Program-made: the position numbers and the translations under genes
In this document: positions 28,376-35,840 of the stretch, piece by piece
Position numbering within the stretch: the first letter of the stretch is position 1
How the letters are laid out: the number at the start of each line of letters is the position of its first letter
Notes under the pieces: generated by a model
The model's input: the letters and a program-made list of their open reading frames with translations, nothing else
What the model was told of the DNA's origin: nothing
Database searches by the model: none
DNA from: Eubacteriales bacterium
GTDB taxonomy: Bacteria > Bacillota > Clostridia > Oscillospirales > CAG-272
Length of the DNA: 64,000 nucleotides
Direction of reading: 5' to 3'
NCBI GenBank assembly: GCA_045533675.1
Contig: JAZSIF010000001.1
Coordinates: forward strand, 18,980-82,979

Positions 28376-31039
28376 TTATTCCAGATCGTCGTCCGCGACC
28401 ATGGAACGGAATTTCAGGGTAATGACCGTTCCCGGCTTCACCATAGCTCCGGGCTCTACCGACTGGGCATAAACCTCCGCGTCGGCACCTCTGGTCCCTT
28501 CGATTTTCACATTCAGATTCAATCCCATCAGACGGGCATTGGCGTAGGTTGCGTTTTTTCCCACAAGATCGGGCATCTGAACGGTCTCGGCGGGAGTGGC
28601 ATCCCCTACGTAAAGGATGATCTTTCCCGTATCCTTTTGTACGTAACTGCCCGACGCGGGGCTCTGCGCTTTGACAATACTGCCCTCGGTCACGTCGCCG
28701 ATGATCTCGTATTTGAGACCCATCTTGGTGATAGACTCAATGGCCTTGTTCACGCTCCAGGTACGCCAGCTTCCTACCTTGGTTGCCAGCTTTGCCTCCT
28801 CCTCGGCGGTGTAAATGGCTTCCACACCCAGGTAAGGCAAAATATTTTTCAGTGCCGCGCCCACGTAAGGAGCGGCGACCGTACTTCCGTACATTCCCTT
28901 TTGAGGATCGTCCACCATAATGAGAATGGCGACCTCGGGATCGTCAGCGGGGGCATATGCCACCGTGGAGCAGACGTATGCGTCGGGGAACGTAAGCTTA
29001 ATCACGTCGCCCTTGACCGCGTATATGCCTTGACTCACCGATTGGTCCTTCACCGTACCGTAAATGCCGGTCCCCTCAATGGTGAAATTCAAGCCCGCAG
29101 CCTTGAGAAGCGCCTTGGCACGGTCGAGACTGATCCCCGTCAGCTTGGGAACCTTGACACTCGCCTTGGCGTTCTCCTTGGTAAAGAGAACCACAATCCC
29201 GTTTTCCTTTACCATTTTGGTACCCTCTTGGGGGTTTTGCGAAAGGATCTGAGCATCGTCATTCCCGTCGCCCGCAATTTCCACACGAAGCCCCGCGGCT
29301 TCCAGTGCCGTTTTTGCCTCAGCGAGGGTCATCCCCACGTAGCTTTCCAAAGTAACCGTGGAATGTCCCGTCTCTTTTTTCTCAGAGGTTCCCGTTTTCG
29401 CGGCAACCCGATAGCCCGCCACATAGGCGTTTTTCGCTCCGCCATTGCCCGAAACACCCTCCTCAAGCATCTCGGAGATGGTCTTACAGACCTCTTCGCT
29501 GACCACGGTTCTCTTAACCTCAGCCTTATGCTGATAGATCACGTTTCCCGCCTTGTCGGTGATCTTCTCCACAAGGTAGGGGGTCATCAGCGTGCCGTTG
29601 TTGGCAACCGCCGACACCGCCATGATCTGTTGCAGGGGGGTTACGTTGAAGTTCTGACCGAAGGCGTAGATCGCAAGGTCAAGCTCGGTCTGAAGGTCGA
29701 AGGGTCCAACTCCCTCACCGGGCAGGTCAATGCCCGTTTTTTCCTTATATCCAAACGCCTTATGGTACTGCTTGTAGGTATCAATGCCAACAAGCTCTCC
29801 CAAAGTCATGAACCATACGTTGCAGGATTGCTGCAAGCCCTCGGAAAAGGTCAGGCTTCCGTGACCCTTGCGCTGGTGGCAATGGATCACCTGTCCAAGG
29901 ACGGTCTTATGTCCGGGGCAATACACGCTCCCAGGGATCCCGTCTTTTCTCTCCTCCAGCGCCATGGCGGAGGTGATGATCTTAAAGGTAGAACCGGGAA
30001 TATAGCTCTCAGTCACGGCTTTATTGGACCAGGTCTCGGTCAGGAGCTTCATTTGAAGCGCGCTGTATTCCTCGCTCCCTGCCGTGTAGCCGCTGGACGC
30101 AAGCGCATTCTTTGCCGCTTCATCCATCTCCCAAGGATTGTTCAAATCAAAAGGAGAGGAGGTTGCCATGGCAAGCACCGCGCCTGTCTTGACGTCTACC
30201 ACAATGCCACAGGCACGGTTCATAGCGATATTATCCTCTGCCGTAGCCGCCAGCTGCTCTTCCAGATAGGTCTGAATGGTTGCGTCAATGGTGGTGGTCA
30301 GATCGTAGCCGTCCACGGCTTCGATACAGTTGGCGTAATCAAAGGGCATCACGTTTCCGTAAGAGTCTCTTGCGGTGACGTAATATCCGTCCACACCCTT
30401 GAGATAATCGTTGTATTGGTATTCCAATCCGTAAAGCCCTACGCCGTCATTGCTCGTAAAGCCAATGGCATGAGCGGCAAGGCTGTTCCCGGGGTAATAT
30501 CTTGTGTTTTGCGCTTCCAAATAGATCATCGTGCCGAGTCCATGCTCGTCGATGTATCCACGGATGCGATCGGCGGTCTCTTCGTCCACCTTTCGGGCAA
30601 TGGTTCGGTCCAGATATTTGGAATATTCCACGATCTGATGATAGACCGTATCGTATTCCACGCCATCCAGCAGCTCGGAAAGTCCCCTTGCCACCAGATC
30701 GGGATAATCAGTCGCGTCTCCCTCCTCAACCTCGCTTTGGGCGGTCTTGATACCCGAGGGAGAAACGAACACACGGTAGGTGGTAATGTTGGTCGCCAGT
30801 ACCTTTCCGTTTCGATCATAGATCTTTCCCCGATTGGCGGGGATGGGGGTCTCGGTTGTGATCTGATCGAGCACCTTCCCTTGATATTTTTTAAAATCTA
30901 CGGTCTGAACCAAAAGGATACGGATGAGAAGAACGACGAAGACAGCGAGAATGACGATGCCGAGCGCGGTCGATCGCTTGATCGCCGACCCTTGGATCGA
31001 ACGTTTCACCATTCTGTTCCTCCCTTCCGATTTCTTCAA
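28376..31039 (-). CDS. class B penicillin-binding protein (PBP2B/SpoVD-like) with four PASTA domains, two of them nested
   Basis: N-terminal TM and dimerisation domain, then GSTFK (SxxK), QQSCN (SxN) and AKTGT (KTG). Two PASTA units follow directly after KTGTSEKKE, before the TPase resumes at YVCSTVAYAPADDPEVAILIMVDDPQ. Two more PASTA units sit at the C-terminus. Confidence 0.9.
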   Translation of the reverse strand: MKKSEGRNRMVKRSIQGSAIKRSTALGIVILAVFVVLLIRILLVQTVDFKKYQGKVLDQITTETPIPANRGKIYDRNGKVLATNITTYRVFVSPSGIKTAQSEVEEGDATDYPDLVARGLSELLDGVEYDTVYHQIVEYSKYLDRTIARKVDEETADRIRGYIDEHGLGTMIYLEAQNTRYYPGNSLAAHAIGFTSNDGVGLYGLEYQYNDYLKGVDGYYVTARDSYGNVMPFDYANCIEAVDGYDLTTTIDATIQTYLEEQLAATAEDNIAMNRACGIVVDVKTGAVLAMATSSPFDLNNPWEMDEAAKNALASSGYTAGSEEYSALQMKLLTETWSNKAVTESYIPGSTFKIITSAMALEERKDGIPGSVYCPGHKTVLGQVIHCHQRKGHGSLTFSEGLQQSCNVWFMTLGELVGIDTYKQYHKAFGYKEKTGIDLPGEGVGPFDLQTELDLAIYAFGQNFNVTPLQQIMAVSAVANNGTLMTPYLVEKITDKAGNVIYQHKAEVKRTVVSEEVCKTISEMLEEGVSGNGGAKNAYVAGYRVAAKTGTSEKKETGHSTVTLESYVGMTLAEAKTALEAAGLRVEIAGDGNDDAQILSQNPQEGTKMVKENGIVVLFTKENAKASVKVPKLTGISLDRAKALLKAAGLNFTIEGTGIYGTVKDQSVSQGIYAVKGDVIKLTFPDAYVCSTVAYAPADDPEVAILIMVDDPQKGMYGSTVAAPYVGAALKNILPYLGVEAIYTAEEEAKLATKVGSWRTWSVNKAIESITKMGLKYEIIGDVTEGSIVKAQSPASGSYVQKDTGKIILYVGDATPAETVQMPDLVGKNATYANARLMGLNLNVKIEGTRGADAEVYAQSVEPGAMVKPGTVITLKFRSMVADDDLE

Positions 31040-31090
31040 AATTTTCTTTGAAACGATAGTATTATATGAGAAGCGGAAGGCTTATATTCG

Positions 31091-31906
31091 TCAGTCCAGA
31101 GTGATCCCGAAGGCAGCCAGGAGCGTGGCAAGTCCCACGTTTTGCGGCTTCTTTTCCTCGGGAGCGATGATCTGCTCTTCCCCTTTGGGTTCGAGATATT
31201 CGTTGTCGGCATATTTGCGGGCAATCATTCCAAGGCTCTTTGCGTCCTTGGCGATCTCTTCAGCATCGTATTTCAGATCAAGCGCGGCTTCCAGCTCCAC
31301 TTGCTCCGCTTCCAGCTTCTGAATGGTCGCTTGCGTCTTTCCCACCTTTCCCGAGGCACTCCCCAGCATGACCGATCCGCTGACGATGAGTCCCAAGGAA
31401 ATGGTGAACACGGCGATTCCCGAGAGAACCGAAGCGGGGAGCTTAAACCGTTTGCCCTCGGTCCGTCCCTCCTTGCGCTCAACGGGAAACCATTCCACTG
31501 CCAGTTTCTTCAATGCCGACTTTGCTTGTGCTAAATGACCCTCCTTTCCGTTTGGCTCGGAGCCGATCCGTCCGCCCGAAGCGGAGGCTCTTCTCTGAGG
31601 AACGGCGGGGCTTCTCTGTATGGCAGGCATGTAAAACGCTCTGCGTGTTTTGAAGTAACGAATGAAATCATCGGAGGTCATGTATTTGCTGCCTTGATAC
31701 TCACCGCTGCGATAGCGATCGGCAATCTTGCTCTCGGCATCAAACAGAGTGTATGCTTCGGGAGCCATGCCCCGAACCTCTGCCTCTCTGGCTGTCTGAC
31801 TCGCAAGCTCTCCCTTTACGTTTTCCGAAAAGCCTCTGCCTCTGTAACGGCGGCGAAGCTCCTCCAGACAACGACCGTAGGAATCGTTCATTTGTTCAAC
31901 AGCCAT
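31091..31906 (-). CDS. FtsL-position bitopic coiled-coil protein with a long cytoplasmic N-extension
   Basis: 271 aa with one TM segment (VLSGIAVFTISLGLIVSGSVMLG). This is followed by the FtsL-like IQKLEAEQVELEAALDLKYDAEEIAKDAKSLGM. It lies between rsmH and the PBP gene. Confidence 0.5.
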   Translation of the reverse strand: MAVEQMNDSYGRCLEELRRRYRGRGFSENVKGELASQTAREAEVRGMAPEAYTLFDAESKIADRYRSGEYQGSKYMTSDDFIRYFKTRRAFYMPAIQRSPAVPQRRASASGGRIGSEPNGKEGHLAQAKSALKKLAVEWFPVERKEGRTEGKRFKLPASVLSGIAVFTISLGLIVSGSVMLGSASGKVGKTQATIQKLEAEQVELEAALDLKYDAEEIAKDAKSLGMIARKYADNEYLEPKGEEQIIAPEEKKPQNVGLATLLAAFGITLD

Positions 31907-31969
31907 CTTTCAACCTCCTGTGCCGCTCATGCGGCTTTTTTCTGACAATTTATCTTCGAAAACAAACCT

Positions 31970-32908
31970 TCAAAGCTTTTCCGCTACCCGAAGCTTTGCG
32001 CTACGAGAGCGGGGGTTTTCCTCCAGCTCCTCTTTTGAGGGGAGGATTGGCTTGCGGCTGATCACTCGTACCTGAGGTTTCTTTCCGCATACGCAGATGG
32101 GAAAGTCCTTTGGGCATTCACACCCTTTGGCAAGGTCCGCAAAAGTCTGCTTCACAATACGGTCCTCCAAGGAATGGAAGGTGATGATGGCAATGCGGCC
32201 GCCCGGATTCAGAAGCGATACCGCATCCCGAATGGCAGGCTCGATCACGTCCAATTCTCCGTTCACCTCAATGCGGATGGCTTGAAAGCTCCGCTTGGCG
32301 GGGTGATGTCCCCCTTCTCTCGCCGCGGGGGGCATGGAATATTTAATCAGGTCACTGAGCTCGGCGGTGGTTTCAATGGGCTTTTTCGCTCTCGCCCGCA
32401 CGATCGCCGCCGCAATGGCAGGAGCGAACCGTTCCTCGCCGTACTCAAACAAAATCCTTTTCAGTTGCGCTTCGCTGTACTCGTTGACCACCCGATAAGC
32501 ATCAAGACTTCTTCTTGCGTCCATCCTCATGTCAAGAGGTGCGTCCGCTTGGTAGGAAAATCCTCGCTCGGGAGTGTCCAGCTGATAGGAGGAAACACCA
32601 AGGTCCAAGAGAAGCCCGTCGATCCCGCCAATCTCCAACTCCCCGCAGACTCTCGCGAGCTCCGAGAAATTGCTCCTGACCACCTTGGCTCTCTCTCCGA
32701 GGGGTGCCAGCTTTGCGCTTGCCGCGGCAATGGCGGCGGCATCCTGATCAATGGCGATCAATCTACCCTTTGTCAGACGGGAGGCAATTTCATAGGAGTG
32801 ACCGCCGCCACCGGCGGTACCGTCCACGTAGATGCCATCCTCTCGAATGTTCAATCCTTCTATGCACTCATTCAGTAAGACCGAACGATGAGAAAATTCT
32901 TGGCTCAT
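31970..32908 (-). CDS. rsmH: 16S rRNA m4C1402 methyltransferase RsmH
   Basis: HRSVLLNECIEGLNIREDGIYVDGTAGGGGHS. Confidence 0.93.
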   Translation of the reverse strand: MSQEFSHRSVLLNECIEGLNIREDGIYVDGTAGGGGHSYEIASRLTKGRLIAIDQDAAAIAAASAKLAPLGERAKVVRSNFSELARVCGELEIGGIDGLLLDLGVSSYQLDTPERGFSYQADAPLDMRMDARRSLDAYRVVNEYSEAQLKRILFEYGEERFAPAIAAAIVRARAKKPIETTAELSDLIKYSMPPAAREGGHHPAKRSFQAIRIEVNGELDVIEPAIRDAVSLLNPGGRIAIITFHSLEDRIVKQTFADLAKGCECPKDFPICVCGKKPQVRVISRKPILPSKEELEENPRSRSAKLRVAEKL

Positions 32909-32917
32909 ATCCGCTCC

Positions 32918-33340
32918 TTAGAGTCCAAAGGATTCGAGCAGATCCTTCATACCTGCCAGATCCTCTTCCTCGACCATTGCGGCGTAGTTCACGTCGGACC
33001 AGATCTCGGCATATCCGCCGCATCCCACGATCACCGCGTTCTTTTCCAGCTCCGCATGGGCAATCAAATCGGGAGTCAGGACGATTCTGCCCTGGGAATC
33101 GGCGCTGACCTGCGCGGCATTTCGGCTGAGAGCTCGAATGATCCGATCCTTGTCCTTGCCGTCCAGCTTTTTAATAGGCTCAATGTAGGCATCCCATTCC
33201 GCCATGGAATAGACACGGAGGCAACGCTCACGAATGCTTTTGGATACCACGAAGAATTCCCCCAGCTCTTCTCTGTGCTTGGAAGGAATGAAAATTCTGT
33301 TTTTGGGGTCTAAGCTATGCTTGTATTCGCCCGACAGCAT
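32918..33340 (-). CDS. mraZ: transcriptional regulator MraZ
   Basis: 140 aa with two SpoVT-AbrB halves: SLDPKNRIFIPSKHR and ADSQGRIVLTPDL. Confidence 0.93.
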   Translation of the reverse strand: MLSGEYKHSLDPKNRIFIPSKHREELGEFFVVSKSIRERCLRVYSMAEWDAYIEPIKKLDGKDKDRIIRALSRNAAQVSADSQGRIVLTPDLIAHAELEKNAVIVGCGGYAEIWSDVNYAAMVEEEDLAGMKDLLESFGL

Positions 33341-33459
33341 GGTATTTGCCTCCTTTCGTTTTTCTGCCGCTCACACGTTTTTGGGGCTGCGCCCTCTTGC
33401 GCGCGTACGCGTATAATAATCGGTAGCGATTTTCCGCTACCCGTTTTCTTTGTTTCCTC

Positions 33460-33515
33460 GGTGGTTTCGGGGTGGTTTTCGCTACACTTTGCTACACTTT
33501 CCACCATTTCGCCCC
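33460..33515 (-). promoter_or_regulatory. candidate MraZ operator: 10-bp phased direct repeats in the mraZ leader
   Basis: The minus strand reads GTGGGgcgaaatGGTGGAAAGTGTAGCAAAGTGTAGCGAAAACCACCCCGAAACCACC. On the plus strand GCTACACTTT is exactly tandem at 33481-33500. The repeats lie just downstream of the -10. Confidence 0.45.
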
Positions 33516-33529
33516 ACTCGGATGGTATT

Positions 33530-33558
33530 ATTATAACTGATAACGGTTTTTTTGGCAA
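33530..33558 (-). promoter_or_regulatory. Pmra-like promoter for the dcw operon
   Basis: Minus strand TTGCCA, 17-nt spacer, TATAAT, about 190 nt upstream of the mraZ ATG. Confidence 0.55.
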
Positions 33559-33779
33559 GAGGAAATTGAAAATTTTCCAAATATTTTTTTAAAAAAAGTG
33601 ATTTTTTTCGTGCTTTTTTTCAAAAAGTGTCGAAAAGTGCCGTACATGTTCGCTTTCATCACTGAATTTACATTTTTTTACAATTTTATGGTTTTTGATG
33701 GATAAGCAGGATATTTGTCCTCTTTGCGTTCAGTTTTTCTTGCTTCGACAGGAAGTAACTCATGTCCTACAAATTATAC

Positions 33780-33810
33780 AAATAAAAGAAGAGCGACCTT
33801 GCGGTCGCTC
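33780..33810 (-). terminator. intrinsic terminator belonging to the rubrerythrin stump
   Basis: Minus strand GAGCGACC gcaa GGTCGCTC followed by TTCTTTTATTT. Confidence 0.6.
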
Positions 33811-33850
33811 TTCGGTGCGTTAAAGCCTTATGTTACTTGACTTTTCAGTA

Positions 33851-33925
33851 TTACTTGAAGTATCTGTTAAGTACGCCCTCGAGACTCAGCCGTGACGAAC
33901 CTCGTCGCGGTAGCTTCTCGTGTGC
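33851..33925 (-). pseudogene. 3'-terminal remnant of a rubrerythrin-family gene (frameshifted, no 5' part)
   Basis: The nucleotide sequence aligns to the 3' end of the intact rbr at 34815. Shared blocks are TTA...GAAGTATCT, GCCGTG, CCTCGTCGCG and CTCGTG. Translation gives ..HEKL / RDEVRHG / SLEGVLNRYFK* in three different frames, against [23 protein letters not shown]. Confidence 0.6.
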
Positions 33926-34339
33926 TTCAAAGCAAAAAGCTTTGCGATGCTTGGAATTGGATAACTTTTCCGCTTCCGATCATGGCTACAAAAAACTTCA
34001 TTTCATGTCATAAAATTTGATTTTCTTTAGGCGCAGCTTCTTTTTTCATTGCGTCTCGATAAACGAAGAAATAAATGATACTTCCAACAAAGGTACTCAG
34101 CGGAAGACCGATGAAAAGAAAGAACACTGTTTTTTGCAAAGGCCATACAAACCATGACCAACAGCTTCTGATTGGTATATTCGCAACATTTACGCAAACA
34201 CTTCCCTTTTAGCATTCGCAAAAGAAGCTTTTTGAGCTATAATATGTGTATCAGAAAGCTTCCAATTTTCAGGCTTCCAAAATTGAGGCTTTTTTCGAGA
34301 GCCCAATGACAAACATTCCACAAAACTTCCACAAAATAT

Positions 34340-34385
34340 GAGAAAAAGAGGGTAAGCCGAAGCTTACCCTCTTGGTGTTTTATTG
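34340..34385 (-). terminator. intrinsic (bidirectional) terminator after rubredoxin
   Basis: 12-bp stem AAGAGGGTAAGC cgaa GCTTACCCTCTT with T-runs on both strands. Confidence 0.75.
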
Positions 34386-34387
34386 GA

Positions 34388-34543
34388 TTACTCCTCTACC
34401 TCGAATGCGTCCTTGTCAAGACCGCAGACGGGGCAGGTGAAGTCGGCGGGGATATCCTCCCAAGCCGTGCCTGGTGCGATTCCGTTATCAGGATCGCCCT
34501 TGGCGGGATCGTATTCATAGCCGCAGGGGCATACGTATTTCAT
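34388..34543 (-). CDS. rubredoxin (atypical first knuckle CPCG)
   Basis: Below the track length cutoff, so translated manually: [51 protein letters not shown] (51 aa). Confidence 0.85.
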   Translation of the reverse strand: MKYVCPCGYEYDPAKGDPDNGIAPGTAWEDIPADFTCPVCGLDKDAFEVEE

Positions 34544-34577
34544 GGGCGTTTCTCCTTTTCCTTTGGTAGTTTTTCGA

Positions 34578-34778
34578 TTACTTTGCCATCATGATCTCGG
34601 AGATGAGATCCAAGACCTTTTGGTGGCAACCGCCGCATCCCGTGGAGCAATGGGTCACCTTCTGCACGTCCTCGAATGCCTCAAGGACCGAGCCGAAATC
34701 CTTATGTGTGTCAAGCGCGTTGGCAATATCCGCGTAGCTTACCTGCTTGCAGTTGCAAACCATGTAATTCTCTTGCAT
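34578..34778 (-). CDS. BFD-like [2Fe-2S]-binding domain protein
   Basis: 66 aa with the C.C...C..C pattern (VCNCKQV....CSTGCGGCH). Confidence 0.7.
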   Translation of the reverse strand: MQENYMVCNCKQVSYADIANALDTHKDFGSVLEAFEDVQKVTHCSTGCGGCHQKVLDLISEIMMAK

Positions 34779-34814
34779 TGTCTTTCTCCTTCCATGATGG
34801 AAATGTAATGTGAA

Positions 34815-35360
34815 TTAGCCGAAGTATCTCTGAAGCAGTCCCTCAAACGCCTTGCCGTGTCTTGCCTCGTCGCGAGCCATCTCGTGAACGGTGTCGTGGA
34901 TCGCGTCGAGATTGAGAGCCTTTGCTCTCTTTGCGAGGTCAAACTTGCCCTCGGTCGCGCCGTTCTCGGCGGCAACTCTCATCTCCAGATTCTTCTTGGT
35001 AGAAGCAGTTACAACCTCACCCAGAAGCTCAGCGAACTTTGCGGCATGCTCCGCCTCCTCGTAGGCTGCCTTCTCCCAGTACAGACCGATCTCGGGGTAG
35101 CCCTCACGGTGAGCCACTCTTGCCATTGCCAGGTACATACCTACCTCGGTGCACTCGCCCTGGAAGTTCGCGCGAAGGTCCATGATGATATCCTCGGGAG
35201 CACCCTCAGCTACGCCGACTACATGCTCAGCTGCCCAAGACAGCTTATTCTCTTCCATCTTATTGAACTTATCAGCGGGAACCTTGCACTGGGGGCATCT
35301 CTCGGGAGCAGCGTCTCCCTCGTGAACGTAACCACATACAGAACATACAAATTTTGCCAT
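34815..35360 (-). CDS. rbr: reverse rubrerythrin (N-terminal rubredoxin-like domain plus di-iron four-helix bundle)
   Basis: [22 protein letters not shown], then [14 protein letters not shown]...EEAEHAAKF...EGK...[11 protein letters not shown] (ExxH motifs). Confidence 0.92.
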   Translation of the reverse strand: MAKFVCSVCGYVHEGDAAPERCPQCKVPADKFNKMEENKLSWAAEHVVGVAEGAPEDIIMDLRANFQGECTEVGMYLAMARVAHREGYPEIGLYWEKAAYEEAEHAAKFAELLGEVVTASTKKNLEMRVAAENGATEGKFDLAKRAKALNLDAIHDTVHEMARDEARHGKAFEGLLQRYFG

Positions 35361-35396
35361 AATTTAAATCTCCTTTTAAATATTAAATAAAATTTT

Positions 35397-35798
35397 TTAG
35401 GTTTCAGATTGTGTGCCGCGACATTTTTCGCAGACACCGATGAATTCCAGGTGGCAATCCTCCAAGAGAAAGCCCTCGCACCCCTCTGCCTTTGCGGTAA
35501 TCGATTCATCGTCCACCTCGGTATGGACATCCGCCACGGCACCGCAACAGCGGCAGGTCACGTGGTAATGCCGTCCTAAGGTGATATCGAATCGGTCATT
35601 CGCCTCGGTCAGCTTGAGTCTTTGGATCCTTCCCTCCTCGGCAGCCTCCGCCAACAGTCGGTAAACCGTCGCGCGGCTGATTCCCGGATACTTCTCCTGC
35701 ACCGCCTCGTACACCATTCCGGCGGAGGGGTGATTGTTCATGCTGCAAAAGACATCGGAAACGATTCTCTTTTGCAGGGTATTTCGTTGCTGTTTCAT
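35397..35798 (-). CDS. perR: Fur-family regulator, PerR-like
   Basis: 133 aa with HPSAGMVYEAV...ISRATVYRLL and HYHVTCRCCG...CEKC. It is the first gene of an oxidative-stress operon. Confidence 0.8.
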   Translation of the reverse strand: MKQQRNTLQKRIVSDVFCSMNNHPSAGMVYEAVQEKYPGISRATVYRLLAEAAEEGRIQRLKLTEANDRFDITLGRHYHVTCRCCGAVADVHTEVDDESITAKAEGCEGFLLEDCHLEFIGVCEKCRGTQSET

Positions 35799-35812
35799 AA
35801 TACTCCATCCTT

Positions 35813-35829
35813 ATTGAGAATCATTCTTT
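35813..35829 (-). promoter_or_regulatory. Fur/PerR-box-like palindrome between the -10 and the perR RBS
   Basis: TTGAGAATCATTCTTTA with a perfect AGAAT-C-ATTCT core (35817-35827), in a 7-1-7 layout. Confidence 0.45.
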
Positions 35830-35840
35830 ATTGTGTCTAT

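Noticed and set aside
28118-31051. 977-aa + strand ORF, the longest in the track.
   Set aside because: It lies exactly antisense to the PBP gene. Its composition is low-complexity and rich in Arg, Gly, His and Leu, and it has no recognisable motif. It is a typical stop-poor antisense frame of a GC3-rich gene.
33593-33641. Plus-strand AAAAAGTGA / AAAAAGTGTCG / AAAAGTGCCG repeats, looking like a second, oppositely oriented MraZ box array.
   Set aside because: They lie upstream of the -35 in an A/T-rich tract. They overlap a TTTTTTCAAAAAG palindrome of a kind that recurs in many intergenic regions here (1489, 1575, 17193, 38820, 45775, 51588). They are more likely UP-element or repeat debris than an operator.
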